DNA of 60,584 bases, counting the filler. It is 4 parts of 4 records of this genome, joined end to end, with 100 filler letters (N's around TTAATTAATTAA, not from the genome) between each part and the next. Parts side by side here need not be neighbours in the genome. Positions count along the whole stretch, not along the records: positions 1 to 20,737 come from SRR20825019_853; positions 20,838 to 32,963 come from SRR20825019_857; 2 more parts are not named here. One strand, 5' to 3'. Below are positions 19,603 to 31,109 of this stretch, in pieces. The first letter of the stretch is position 1; every line of letters begins with the position of its first letter. Both the position numbers and the translations under genes were made by a program. The notes below the pieces were generated by a model. The model saw only the letters and a program-made list of their open reading frames with translations, searched no databases and was not told the DNA's origin.

Positions 19603-20462
19603 TATCCCCGTCCCTCCCGGCGGGCCATGAAGGCCAGCCGTTCAAACATATGCACATCCTGCTCGTTCTTCAGCAGAGCGCCATAAAGCGGCGGAATAAT
19701 GTCCTTCTTGTCCTTGGCACGCAGCGTCTCCGGTGGGATGTCCTCGACCACCAGAAGCTTGATCCAGTCCAGCAATTCGGACGTCGACGGCTTTTTCTTA
19801 AGCCCCGGCACCTCGCGCACCTCGTAGAAAGAAGTCAGCGCTTCACGCAGCAGGTTCTGCTTCAGCTTCGGGAAATGCACCTCGACGATTTCCGCCATCA
19901 CCTCGGGCTCGGGGAAGCGGATATAATGGAAGAAACAGCGGCGCAGGAAGGCGTCCGGCAATTCCTTCTCGTTATTCGAGGTGATGATCACGATCGGACG
20001 CTGTACGGCCTTCACCACCTGCTGCGTCTCGTAGACGAAGAACTCCATCCGGTCGAGTTCGAGCAACAGGTCGTTCGGAAATTCGATATCGGCCTTGTCG
20101 ATCTCGTCGATCAGTAGGATCGACGGCTTTTCCGCCTCGAATGCTTCCCAGAGTTTGCCGCGCACAATGTAGTTGGAGATATCGTGCACCTTCTCGTCGC
20201 CGAGCTGGCTGTCGCGCAGGCGGGAGACCGCGTCATACTCGTAGAGGCCCTGCTGCGCTTTGGTGGTGGATTTGATGTGCCACTCGATCAGCGGCATGCC
20301 GAGGGCGCGGGCGACTTCATGCGCCAGAACGGTCTTGCCGGTTCCGGGTTCCCCCTTCACCAGAAGCGGGCGCTGCAGGGTGATGGCCGCATTGACGGCG
20401 ACCTTCAGATCCTCCGTCGCGACGTATCCGTCAGTTCCGGAAAAGCGTGACGTCTCGGTCAT
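19602..20462 (-). CDS. MoxR-family AAA+ ATPase
   Basis: GEPGTGKT, LLIDEIDKAD, TSNNEKELPDAFLRRC; GGAG RBS before ATG at 20462. Confidence 0.93.
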   Translation of the reverse strand: MTETSRFSGTDGYVATEDLKVAVNAAITLQRPLLVKGEPGTGKTVLAHEVARALGMPLIEWHIKSTTKAQQGLYEYDAVSRLRDSQLGDEKVHDISNYIVRGKLWEAFEAEKPSILLIDEIDKADIEFPNDLLLELDRMEFFVYETQQVVKAVQRPIVIITSNNEKELPDAFLRRCFFHYIRFPEPEVMAEIVEVHFPKLKQNLLREALTSFYEVREVPGLKKKPSTSELLDWIKLLVVEDIPPETLRAKDKKDIIPPLYGALLKNEQDVHMFERLAFMARREGRG

Positions 20463-20516
20463 GAAAACTCCCTCGGGCAGTAAGGCGCCCGGCAATAATC
20501 CACTACGGCGACAAGG

Positions 20517-20541
20517 AAAAGGCGCCCCCGAAGCGGCGCCT
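20517..20541 (-). terminator. Intrinsic terminator downstream of alaS
   Basis: Minus strand AGGCGCC-gcttcggg-GGCGCCT-TTT. Confidence 0.65.
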
Positions 20542-20618
20542 CCCAATTAAGGTACGGCGATCAGTCGCCAACTGTCGATGGCTTTGCCATCTTTGATCAA
20601 TGGCAAAGCCATGTTTGA

Positions 20619-20737
20619 TCAGGCGAGCTTTTCCGCGAGAGCGGCTTCGATGGCAGCGATCGCCGCCGGTCCGGCTTCTGCATCGGGGCCGCCAGCCTGG
20701 GCCATATCCGGACGGCCACCGCCGCCCTTGCCGCCCA
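20619..20737 (-). CDS. alaS: Alanine--tRNA ligase C-terminus (partial, cut by contig end)
   Basis: Manual translation GGKGGGGRPDMAQAGGPDAEAGPAAIAAIEAALAEKLA*, the DHHA1 tail of AlaS. Confidence 0.85.
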
Positions 20738-20837
20738 NNNNNNNNNNNNNNNNNNNNNNNNNNNNNNNNNNNNNNNNNNNNTTAATTAATTAANNNNNNN
20801 NNNNNNNNNNNNNNNNNNNNNNNNNNNNNNNNNNNNN
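20738..20837. other. Artificial contig spacer
   Basis: N44-TTAATTAATTAA-N44 with stops in all six frames; composition changes across it. Confidence 0.98.
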
Positions 20838-21490
20838 ATTCCTCGAGTTGGGTTGTAGGGAGGTGGGCGGGGTGAGAGGTATTGTACTCTCCATTGTACA
20901 ATCTGGAAATCGCTAGTAGCTTCATCAATTCCGAGCCAAGGAAAAGTTTTTTCATGCGGTTTCATTCTTGGGATGGGGATCTGTTTCTAGATTAATCGGG
21001 AACTTTCCAGAAACTTTGTCACAATTAGCCATTTCAAGTTTCAACGGTACGCTTTAGGGTAAAACTCTATGACCTCAAATTATGCAAATGAAAGATTCCA
21101 GAGGAGGAAGTGACCAATCGACTGCAAATACATTTGCGGTCATTAGGCTTACGACCTTGCGGCCGTTTCACGTGGCAAGTGCTGGCCAACCATCGCGGGT
21201 TGGACGCGAATGCGGACCGTGCCCTGGGGAGCGGCAGGACCGCCGACATCGACGGGGGGGCCGGGCCGGCGCCGCCGCGGGGTCCGGGCCGCAGCCCCGG
21301 CCGCGCGCTCGTCCCGCACCGCGGCGCGAGCGGCAGCGCCAGGCCACGAATGAGGGCTACTACCGAACCGTGCCCTTTGCGGCTTGTGGCCAGGCTGTTA
21401 GTGTAGTGTGGTCACTGCCGGCCCGGAGGCAGTCGAGTGAATTCCGCAGAGCTACTCCCCGGCGCTCAGCGTGTTGACTCAGTCGGCCCC

Positions 21491-21523
21491 CCGGCTGCCG
21501 GCTGCCGGCTGCCGGCTGCCGGC
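21491..21523 (+). repeat. (CCGGCTG)x4.7 tandem repeat upstream of the DUF4485 gene
   Basis: Read directly from the sequence. Confidence 0.85.
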
Positions 21524-21704
21524 CAGTCCAAACCCCATTGTTGGTATGCATGTTCATCGACAAGGGCCCGTGGCCATTGGGCGTGCCCCAATGGGAGCGG
21601 CAGCCGCCGTTTATGCGAAAATGGTGCTCCACTAATAAAAGCGTGCGGTGTGCTAGACAAGACCATCTCGCGGAAGAAGGCCGGGGTCTGCGTCCATATT
21701 TGCA

Positions 21705-23403
21705 ATGATCATTGTACCTCTAGACACATCCAATAAGTTGGACTTCGTTTTTCAAACACACCTTGTCGAGATCGAGCGACTGTATCAGAAGCTGCCCAAG
21801 AACGAGAGAATCAGGGTGGAGCAGTGGGTAAAGAAGCTCTGCGAGGTGAACATCATATGTGTATTGCTGGAGTCGTTGCTCAGACATGTTGAAGGTGACA
21901 ACTTTGGACGCATGGAAAAGAAACCGCAACAACTATGCTCGGGTGTTGTTGGACCAAATTTCTAGAAAACAACTCGAGGATCCATTTCACACACTTCCTA
22001 GTGATGGGCCGTTGAAAACTCTTCCGCTGTACAAGGTAATTGGACTTGTGCCACCAGTGAGTGCAGGAAGAATGAAAGCTTCTAACTGAAACCTTAGTTG
22101 AAGCCATTTGACCTCAGCCCGCGCAAGGGAAGGCCGGGACCTTCTGATGAAGATGCAAACAAGGTGACCCCATTGCTATCAGGGAAGTGACATGCGGCTA
22201 ACGTTTTCGTGTAAAGGATCATGGATCCATGACGTGGCTAGGGAAGTCGGTAGGTTCCCCTGGCCCGCGGGGGCGCTCGTCATCTCCCGCCAGGAATAGG
22301 TATACCTCTCCAGGTCGAGGCTCGCCCAAGAGAGGGGTATCCCCTGCCCGAGGTGTCTCGCCCGGTCGCCGAAACCGCGCCCAGACTCCAACCAGAGTGA
22401 CCGCACCTACAACCCCGAGTTCATGTAGGCATTGTTCCGGGTGTAGTCAAGGCAGGTCTGACAGCACTTTAGGGAGACAAACCAATGTATCCTCCGACAC
22501 AGCGGCGCCGGGGGGGCCTTTGCATGCGCGTGTTGCAGGAGATCTAGTGGAGGAGAAGCGCCGTCTGGAATCCAAGTTTCATGAAATAGATCGCAAGTAG
22601 GGCAATAATGGGATTAGGACGCCTGTTCAGAACTCAAAACTAGAGTGCAGGTATGCGGAGGCTATGGAATCTGTCGTGGCAGAGCTTCACAAGGAAAGGG
22701 CTGAAAGAGTGGGTAAGTAGGCCTTTACACATGAGGAATGATGTTGGGAACTACATCTGAGACACGGGGATTGTTAGGTATGCAGGGACAGTTGGAAGTA
22801 TTTAAGACGAAGTATGCAAGCATTGAGGACCAGTAAGTCAATGAAGTGATGCCGGTTGGAGTATCTCACTTTGGACATCCATTAGGCTGCGAGAGTCGTA
22901 TCACATCATTGAAGTACAGAAGAAGCAGATCCGAACCTTGCAGGCACATCTACTCAACCCTTCCGATCCTTTAGTAGAGAATGCACCAATCTCAACGGGA
23001 GAGAGGACACACAATGTGAATGAGGCAGTGGGGGATGCTAATCCTGGCAGGATAACAGGCGGTGCGTCCGTGATGACCACAGCATTGAAGGCGGATGAAT
23101 CTGGAAAGCCTTCTTTCCACACTTATGTGACCAGCCAGAGTATGCCAGGAACATGGACTGATTTCGTAGTAGCGAGGTGACATTTGTTTCGTAGGTGTTG
23201 TGGATGAGGCTGGGCAGGCGCCTATCGTGACTAGTCAGCAAGGCCTGAAAGCTGATGATTTGGTCAGTTTATGAAAGAAAGGGTGCTCAATTGCCTTACA
23301 TAGTTTACAGCTTGGAAGCGACACGGCCTTTCTGAATTACCTTGACAAATTCCAGAAGGATACGGACGAGCTGACCTCGCGCCACAAGCAATCACTCTTG
23401 TGA
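21705..23403 (+). CDS. Spliced DUF4485 (CEP112 N-terminal-like) coiled-coil protein, 9 exons
   Basis: GT-AG introns 21846-21894, 22036-22097, 22164-22216, 22597-22650, 22713-22777, 22833-22885, 23140-23194, 23263-23310 give one open frame; ERIRVEQWVKKLC..WKRNRNNYA..LEDPF..P.DGPL is DUF4485-like. Confidence 0.8.
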
Positions 23404-23563
23404 GACGACGAGTTTCATCGGACAGCCCTTACGTCGTGTTGATAGCCAGTCTTAAGAAATGACACCACTGATGGGAGCATTGCTCTCTAGGTAGGTTATC
23501 AGGTAGAAGCCGATAAATGAGCATGAGGGGTGAGATGATGAGCTGCAATGTAGCAGTGCTTTA

Positions 23564-26500
23564 TTACAAAAGGATGGCATCATTCCACTTGTCTAGTGAG
23601 TTCTGGAGCAATGACTTCCATTCCCGGCACGCGGCGCCCCGAGCGCCATGAACTTCGCTCGCCTCTGGTACACGATCCAGGCAGGCTTTCAAGCGGTCAA
23701 TCACCGTGTACGGCAACCACTTCGACTTAGCCTCATCATTCCTATTCTCATTCTTCAGCTGCTCGAGCTCCTTCAAATACCAATCCAATACTCGGTAAAC
23801 CATCTCTGCAGCATCTTCCAACAGGCTCTTGTCAATATAGATCTTGAGCAGACGCGCAGAATTCGAACCACCACAGCCAAAGTCTGACTGTGCCTGCCGC
23901 ATAAGCTCGTCTGTCAGCCACAAGGGCAACTGCATGTGGCGGTCTGCATTGAGGATCTTCTCAATAACCAGGAAGGTGTAGTCATAGTTGCTCTCCGCAG
24001 AGTCGTACTTGGTCAAGAACTCCTTCAGGAGATTCCAGGCAGTCTTTGCGGCTTCTTCATTTGTGACGGGCTCCGGCCTATTCTCGAGCACCAGCCCTCC
24101 CGCATAAGGTGTAGAACTTTCCTGGCGCTGCAATATAATGCACTTGGACACTAATGCAGAGAAGACATTCCTCACAGCTCCCGTATGACCACTCTCCACC
24201 TTCAATGCAAGAGACATGGCCAGATCAAACATACCCGCCCGAAGGAGGCTTGCGAGGGTTCCCTCCACCCGATATCCATCCTGAATCGGATCGTAGCTAG
24301 ACGAATGCAAGCTGAGGCGAAGGCGGCATTGATTCAAAAGATAGTGCTGTTCAATGTCACTTTGCTCGATGACCTTAAGAACACCGTCCCGAGGCAGGTC
24401 TTCTTCATCCATTTCTTTGTCAACGGCCCCCGGCTCTTCGTCCGTGTTGCGGCGTTTCCGCTTATTGGTTGATTCGATTGCCCGAATCAGGATGCACCTG
24501 TGGGCAGGATCGCACAACCTCAGTGCATTGAGACATGCTAGAAGGGCGTCCGCCTGATTTCTGAGAACGGCGACATCAAAAACTTGGCGTTCAACGGCTG
24601 AGTTCTCGATGCGCTGCGCATAGCTAAACATGGTGTTGGCCGCATCCATGAAGTTCCCTCGAAATATCTGGAACGAGTACAGAATCTGGTAATAGTTAAG
24701 TTTCGGTGTCCATACGGTAGTGTTAGCCTTCCACTTAAGGGTGGCTTCCACTTCCTCAATCGTCCCGTGTGGAGAGCTGTTTGCAGGTTCGACAATGCCC
24801 ACAAACGGCAGTTCGCAGAGCTTGCTCTGTTGGCCTTCCTCGCAGAGCACCACCACAAACCGACGAAGACACTCAACTTGGTCGGCCTTGTCCGGGTTAG
24901 AAAGAATCGATGTGTAGGCCTCATCATAGCGACCAAGGTGCAGACTATGCTTGAAAATGCTGGACCACAGCAGCCGCATGACATCAGTGTACATTGGATC
25001 ACCCGGCAAAACGCTGTTTAGTGCGTAGTAAGCCGTCGCGAGCACACAATCCGATTGCTTGTTCTTGTCGAAGAGGTACATGCAAGCAAGGAAATACCGG
25101 AACGTAATCAAACTTGGACCAGAAAATTTGGCAAAAGAGTCGAGATCTCGGGAAGACTTGATGACATACTTGTCCACAAAATGAACGCTTTCAACATCAG
25201 GCGAAGCAACCTTGCTGCCAGCGCGGATTACCATTTCACAGGCCTTGCCAAACTGCCCGAACGATACATGGCAACACGCAGAGAAGAAAAGGAACTCCGC
25301 ACTGGACGGGTCTCCAAGCCACAGGAACTCCTGCAAGCTCAAGTACTGCTGCTGCGTAGCCAACAGGTCGCACATATCAAGGTAACGGTTCTTTCCGTCC
25401 ACTACGTCCATCTTGACGCAAACATGAGTCATAAGATCACATGCGCTTGCCTTAAGCAGCTGGACCAGCGTTAGACCACGCTGGGCGGCGAAATTCCTCT
25501 GGAGCTGCGAGATATTCTGCTTGTACACGGTGTCCAATATGCAACGAGCTTCTCGGCTACGTTGCGACTGACGCCTGAGAAAAGTAGCCCGCTCGAGGTC
25601 GTGGCCTGCTGCAATGTCAAGCGCGCCCATGGGAATGGATGCCGAGTCTGACGTGGGCTCCGCACTGGCCAGCCTCGACAGCCATCTCATCAGGAAGTGC
25701 GTCTTGAGCTCTTTTGAACAGGCATTGATGACCAGTTGAAGGTCATCGCCAAATCGCTGTTGGTGAAGAGGTGGGACGGTGATATCGCCGGAGCACTCCA
25801 AATAAACGACAAAGTACAGCAAGCTGCGGAGAAGGCGGTAGTGCGAGGTAATCATCTGTCTGCAAGCGCTCGAAGACACGCTGGCACCATAGCGTCCACC
25901 GAGAACAAAACCACGCGACGCCATCCCCGGCTCTCCAGTGACCGCCATTGCGTCGTTGCCATCTCTTCCATTATTGACGATATTGTCGGCATTCAATCCA
26001 CGTACAAGCTCCTTCACTACCTCGAGGCAATTGGTGGTCCGGAAATTCAGAATTTGCCCCATAACCCCCTGTACCCTTAGCCGGAAGCCGTACGTTGGTA
26101 TCTGACCACCATTGTCTACGACAGCTCCAGGACCGCGAACACCACCGATTACGTCAAGAACCTGACGCCGCACAATAGCCACAGGATCCTCGCGGTCAAA
26201 GAGATCTTCCTCCAGCGAAAGTATCGCCTCCTCCGACATCAATTTCGTCACCATTTGTGCACACACCACTATGCGCGCCGCGTCATCGACTGTGCTCTTG
26301 TTCCACCCCAACCATCCTTGCATATTCCCTGCCATCATCGCTATTGTCGTCTCCACCGAGTTGGTGTTCAACACTTCCTGTGAGCCCTCCATTACCTGTG
26401 CTAGACTGCTTTCCAACGCCTCCATACTGGTGCATTCACGGAATACCGTAACCCCTCCCTTCCGCACAAGACCACCCGCTCCGGACAGCGCGCAGCCATA

Positions 26501-28027
26501 AGCGCCCACCAGGGCCATGTCTCCACGGCTGACCAGAATGCAGCGCTCCAAAAATTCTGACCAATATTTGCGAGCGAGAGAATCATAGTGAGCAGCCGAT
26601 TGGTTCTGGTAATACTGGTTGATAGCGGACTGGACGACGGTAATGACAGCTGACTGCAACATATCCTCCACAACATCTTCCGCTCCACTCAAAGATCGCA
26701 GCACACTCTCGATCACCTGGTGAGAAAAGCGTCCGGGGAGGAAAATTCTCTCCATGTAAAAATCTTTGGCGTCCCTGCCAACCGGGCAAAGGTCACCGGC
26801 ACAATGGGCCAGCTCGTCGCTCTCAAGCAGTTGCCCTTGCACCCACTCGCCCTGTTTGAAGTCCTGACCGGCTACCGCAGTAACTGCCCAATTCCCCGGA
26901 GTGGCAACGCTCCTCACAACAGGTCCGGCCTCGGTGTTCCACACAGCAACAAACGAATCGCCAACCAGCGACATGTGTTGCAAAGACTCCGAACTTACGC
27001 CAGCAACACCACCATGCCTTTCGAAGTACACCTGCGAGCCATCGGAACCAAGCGTGAAAAAGTGAAAGCGGGTTGCTGCATCGGCTTTTGTGAAAAATAC
27101 AAGCCGGGGGTCGCGCCCCAGAGTATCCTCTACAAGGACACGCGACGCATAGACATCTAACGGCGAGGACACTTCCGTCGTGTCCTTGGCCGCGCTGCCT
27201 GTAGCAGGTCGCTCCTCTCCAGGATCATAGTACGCGACAACCTTCCGCTCGTTGATGTTCCACACGCGTAGTCGATGATCTGTTGTATGGATAATAGCAA
27301 AAGGCTGCTGCTCGCCCCAACCTGGAAGGCAGACGGCAGACACGGTCTGCACCTGCACACCTCCCTGCTTCCCCAACTTGGGAATATACTTCAAAAACAT
27401 GCTTGAGAGCCCACCCGAGTCACTCAGTTCAAACTCGGGACGGAAAGACTGCTCTTGCCGGTCATATGCGACAATCACAGACGTTCCGTTTGAAAGTCCA
27501 ACAACAGCGCAAGTCTCAGTAGCGTCAAACGTGGTCGGCGATACATCACGCGCCACGGAGTTCAAGACAGTTGTGTGCTGGAAAAAATTATCCTCGGTAA
27601 CCTGCTTGAAAATGGAGTCGGATACTGATGTGCCCACAGACCTCCGCTCACGGAGCTGAGTTGGATGGTTAAATACAATCCTGTGCACGGTTTTGGCCTC
27701 AGTGACGACCCAAAGGTACAAATGCTTCTGGTCCTCCTCAAATGCTACGTTGTGAAGCAACGGCACAGGGAAGTGAAGGCGGATGGAAGCACCCGCCAAA
27801 TCATTATCCAGAGACACTTCCATCAGGCGCAGGTCACAGCCACATATGCGCGTGAAAATAGTTCGTCTAGGGGCGTTCATCCTGTATGCGTAAGCATGAC
27901 TGGTCTGAGTTGGTAGCGCTGGCTTCGAGCCCCCAACAGCAGCGTCAGCCGGTAGCTTCACATCCACCTGCCAGACGGCGCAGTCGTCCCATGAGCAGAG
28001 CCACGTCTCGCGTAGCAGACGGCTCAT
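23564..28027 (-). CDS. NUP160: Nuclear pore complex protein Nup160 (Nup120/160)
   Basis: 1487-aa intronless ORF; DHRLRVWN, IFLPGRFS, LWSSIFKHSL..GRYDEAY, CLRRFVVVLCE, YYQILYSFQIFRGNF..AA. Confidence 0.88.
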   Translation of the reverse strand: MSRLLRETWLCSWDDCAVWQVDVKLPADAAVGGSKPALPTQTSHAYAYRMNAPRRTIFTRICGCDLRLMEVSLDNDLAGASIRLHFPVPLLHNVAFEEDQKHLYLWVVTEAKTVHRIVFNHPTQLRERRSVGTSVSDSIFKQVTEDNFFQHTTVLNSVARDVSPTTFDATETCAVVGLSNGTSVIVAYDRQEQSFRPEFELSDSGGLSSMFLKYIPKLGKQGGVQVQTVSAVCLPGWGEQQPFAIIHTTDHRLRVWNINERKVVAYYDPGEERPATGSAAKDTTEVSSPLDVYASRVLVEDTLGRDPRLVFFTKADAATRFHFFTLGSDGSQVYFERHGGVAGVSSESLQHMSLVGDSFVAVWNTEAGPVVRSVATPGNWAVTAVAGQDFKQGEWVQGQLLESDELAHCAGDLCPVGRDAKDFYMERIFLPGRFSHQVIESVLRSLSGAEDVVEDMLQSAVITVVQSAINQYYQNQSAAHYDSLARKYWSEFLERCILVSRGDMALVGAYGCALSGAGGLVRKGGVTVFRECTSMEALESSLAQVMEGSQEVLNTNSVETTIAMMAGNMQGWLGWNKSTVDDAARIVVCAQMVTKLMSEEAILSLEEDLFDREDPVAIVRRQVLDVIGGVRGPGAVVDNGGQIPTYGFRLRVQGVMGQILNFRTTNCLEVVKELVRGLNADNIVNNGRDGNDAMAVTGEPGMASRGFVLGGRYGASVSSSACRQMITSHYRLLRSLLYFVVYLECSGDITVPPLHQQRFGDDLQLVINACSKELKTHFLMRWLSRLASAEPTSDSASIPMGALDIAAGHDLERATFLRRQSQRSREARCILDTVYKQNISQLQRNFAAQRGLTLVQLLKASACDLMTHVCVKMDVVDGKNRYLDMCDLLATQQQYLSLQEFLWLGDPSSAEFLFFSACCHVSFGQFGKACEMVIRAGSKVASPDVESVHFVDKYVIKSSRDLDSFAKFSGPSLITFRYFLACMYLFDKNKQSDCVLATAYYALNSVLPGDPMYTDVMRLLWSSIFKHSLHLGRYDEAYTSILSNPDKADQVECLRRFVVVLCEEGQQSKLCELPFVGIVEPANSSPHGTIEEVEATLKWKANTTVWTPKLNYYQILYSFQIFRGNFMDAANTMFSYAQRIENSAVERQVFDVAVLRNQADALLACLNALRLCDPAHRCILIRAIESTNKRKRRNTDEEPGAVDKEMDEEDLPRDGVLKVIEQSDIEQHYLLNQCRLRLSLHSSSYDPIQDGYRVEGTLASLLRAGMFDLAMSLALKVESGHTGAVRNVFSALVSKCIILQRQESSTPYAGGLVLENRPEPVTNEEAAKTAWNLLKEFLTKYDSAESNYDYTFLVIEKILNADRHMQLPLWLTDELMRQAQSDFGCGGSNSARLLKIYIDKSLLEDAAEMVYRVLDWYLKELEQLKNENRNDEAKSKWLPYTVIDRLKACLDRVPEASEVHGARGAACREWKSLLQNSLDKWNDAILL

Positions 28028-28877
28028 CTTCCTCGAACGCGTGCCTTAAACACTCCTGGAAAGATGCCTGCGCACTTTAAATCTTCTCAACCATTCTCTC
28101 GTACTATACATGAATAAAATTGAAATGAGTTGTCAGAATATCGCAAACCCACTGCGTCGACTACATTTGACGGTCTGATAGGTCGAGTAGCCAGGCCCAG
28201 CCTTTGTCGGAGCGTGTGAGAGTCGGCCGCGTGGCCTCCGGTGAGTACGCACGGTGGCCCGGGCTCGAGCCGCGACATCCCGTCAAGCGCGAGCTCCGGC
28301 GCGGGGCGAGTCGCGCGGGCCCCGGGGCGCGGCGACCCGCGGCCCGGGGGCGTCGGGCCGGGTCCCGCTGCCTTGCGGCAGCGGGACTGAAACAAGCGGG
28401 AACGTCGATCATCAATTTTACGAACCATCTCAAAACAGCGAATTCTCCTGATAATCGAGGATGGCTTCAACCGAAATATGGCCGCAATTTAGCCCAGATA
28501 TTCGTGTCCCAACCGGACATTTTTTTCTCACTACACATGTAGAGTGGTGATTTTCAACTACTGTCTCCTCGCGATTCGGGCTAGGCCGACAGGAAAGGCC
28601 CGGCCAGTAGTCTGAGTGAGTGCTGTGCGTAGGGCCAGAGCTGACTGGTTGGTTTGCGAAAATCCACAGGGAAGAATCCACATCCGCCGGTCGATCGCCG
28701 CGTCCGGGATGGAACACCATGGTCATTCGTAGGATGACAAGAGACCTTGTACACTACCTCATGTCAGTACTCCGTCACAATGGCCCAGCTTCAAAGATTT
28801 TTTAATGCCCCTTGACAGCAGCAATGCTATTGACACCACATTTCACGTGTATTTGAAACAGCGGAGGGGGGTGAAAC

Positions 28878-30581
28878 ATGGCATACCTCACCCTGGGGTA
28901 TGTGATGTTGTTGATCTTGTGCCTTTCTTACGGGGCACAAGGGCAAGTCTCCGTGGAAGACGGGTCATATGGACTGGACGGCCCGGCCTGGTGTGACTTG
29001 AACTCTATGGAAGCAAAGGCTAACTTTCATGCATACAATGGAGAGGGACAAATATGTTATAGTTTATTCACAAATAAGAAGAACGTGGGCGACGCTCGCT
29101 CTACCTGTGAGCAGTATGGGGGAATTCTCGCGACAGTTGCGTCAGAGGCGACTACTGAGTTTTTGAAGAAGTCGTTTGCACATGTCCCAGACGGGGCACT
29201 GCCATATATCGGTTTGGTTGACCTGCGCAACAAGGGGAGCTGGCGTTGGGTGAATGGGATGAAACTGCAGGGATATGAAAACTGGGAACACGGGTCCAGA
29301 CGTCATGGAGGTGCCTGTGTTAGGTTGTCGGAGAAAGGGCAGTGGCTTCCAACCAAGTGCCACGTTCACTCCGCCTTCTTGTGCGAGAGCCAGTATCCCG
29401 ATGTTAGGAAGGCCGAAATATACGAGGGTAGTGCTGCTGGTGAGGTCCTTCAAACCGCCAAGCCTGCAGGGACAAACGGCGATGATGCTGAGAGTGGACT
29501 GACTGCGGCAAACTCGGCAAGTGATGAGGCTGCCGTTGCAAAGAACATAGGCTTAATTCACACCATGAAAGCAAGAATGTCTGGGGATATTCGCATTATC
29601 AGGGAGTCAAACCAGCGATGGTACAATATCTATGCCGATATGCTTCGGAGGGGAAAAATAGCAGCGGCACCTACTGTAACGAGACTAGATGTGTCATCGT
29701 TGTTCAAGGAAGTGCAAAAAACGTATGCGAACCTTGTTCACTGGATCAACGACGTTACAAACCAGGAAACTAGGCTAAAGGTTGCTGTTGCACTTTTAAC
29801 AAAGTCCCAAAGTATTCTCGCAAAATTCCGGTCTAAGTCGTACGCCGGGCGTATTGTGTTGGAGCGTGGTATTCGAAAGATACAGAGGAGAATACTTACA
29901 CTTGAGAGGCGCACTCTGAAATTGCTGGAACACCAGAAAGGGATATGGGGCATTGTGAAGGGAAGATTGAAGCGGCTTGATGATCTGCGGAAAAGGGAGA
30001 AACTTATGCATGGAACGATTGGGAAAGCTGCGTTGGTCGCTGACGATCTTCGCCAGAAGTCTGCGAGGCTTGCTCTGTTGGATCAGAGGATTGCTAAGGA
30101 GGAGAAGGCCATCGATAAGATGCAGAGGAAGGATGAAAAAAGCCGAGCAAAGATCGGAAAGAGCACACGTAAACAAGATCAAGTACTTGCTGATGCAAAG
30201 TGGGAGTTAGACAACGACAAAACCCATCGTAAGCGGTTCGTGAAGCGGCAAAAAGGGGAGCTGGATAACATTAATGAGCAACAAGAAAATTTGCGGAAAA
30301 GATTTCTGGACGAAGCAAGATACCTATCGGAAAAATTGTCTCCAGAGTTGGTTAAGGGAATGGCTAATGAGGCTGTTCAGACGTCATACGAAAAGGGAGC
30401 ACAGAAGCTTGTTGTTTTCTATGAAGATGCTGAGAAGGATATCTTACAAAACCTTTCTCAACTGTTCGCCACCGTCAAGTTTCCGAAGCCTCTTCACAAG
30501 GCCATGGTGCTAGATCTCATGGACACTGTGCAAAAGCGCGTACTCGAAAGGCTTAAGGCTGGGCATGATGGTTCTGAGTAA
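28878..30581 (+). CDS. Secreted C-type lectin-like domain + long basic coiled-coil protein
   Basis: Signal peptide; CY..F...A...C....G.LA, YIGL, WRWVNG..YENW, C..W....C....FLCE; heptad-rich C-terminal half. Confidence 0.8.
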   Translation: MAYLTLGYVMLLILCLSYGAQGQVSVEDGSYGLDGPAWCDLNSMEAKANFHAYNGEGQICYSLFTNKKNVGDARSTCEQYGGILATVASEATTEFLKKSFAHVPDGALPYIGLVDLRNKGSWRWVNGMKLQGYENWEHGSRRHGGACVRLSEKGQWLPTKCHVHSAFLCESQYPDVRKAEIYEGSAAGEVLQTAKPAGTNGDDAESGLTAANSASDEAAVAKNIGLIHTMKARMSGDIRIIRESNQRWYNIYADMLRRGKIAAAPTVTRLDVSSLFKEVQKTYANLVHWINDVTNQETRLKVAVALLTKSQSILAKFRSKSYAGRIVLERGIRKIQRRILTLERRTLKLLEHQKGIWGIVKGRLKRLDDLRKREKLMHGTIGKAALVADDLRQKSARLALLDQRIAKEEKAIDKMQRKDEKSRAKIGKSTRKQDQVLADAKWELDNDKTHRKRFVKRQKGELDNINEQQENLRKRFLDEARYLSEKLSPELVKGMANEAVQTSYEKGAQKLVVFYEDAEKDILQNLSQLFATVKFPKPLHKAMVLDLMDTVQKRVLERLKAGHDGSE

Positions 30582-31109
30582 AATATCCACGAGTTTTTGA
30601 ACAATGTTTGTGTCCTGTTCAATTGGAACTTGAAGTGTATTCAAGACTATCTCCGTCACCACACAGAGTCATTATTTTAGGCGAGATTTGTCTCTGCCTT
30701 CTCCCGCAACGCATATATATACGAAGGGTGTAGGAGCCTTTATTTCACGTTTGGGCTTTTGTCAAAACATTCTTTGAGATGTCCGAATGCCCCAAAATGG
30801 CATGCTCAACACTCAGAATGCAGCGCCATTGGCCCAATGCTTCGTACGATGCCCCGTCCTTGCTAGGTGCTGTCCCATTCATCCAAAAATATCACAAACC
30901 AGGAGACTCATCATCATAACGGTCGCCGCCCACAACACATTAGTTTTGAGGCAGCAGGAGACGGCAGAGAGAAACCTTTCAATCCATGTTCACACCCATG
31001 ACCTTGGTGACTTGGCAACAAATGCGGACAATCTCTCAGCTCTAAAGGGACAAGATCATGAAGTAGTCTCTCCTGATTGCTGACGCAAGTTTCACAAGTT
31101 TGAAATTGC

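Noticed and set aside
21082-21736. Arg/Gly/Pro-rich ORFs over the GC patches (also 28087-28542)
   Set aside because: They arise from stop-codon depletion in GC-rich non-coding DNA and overlap on both strands
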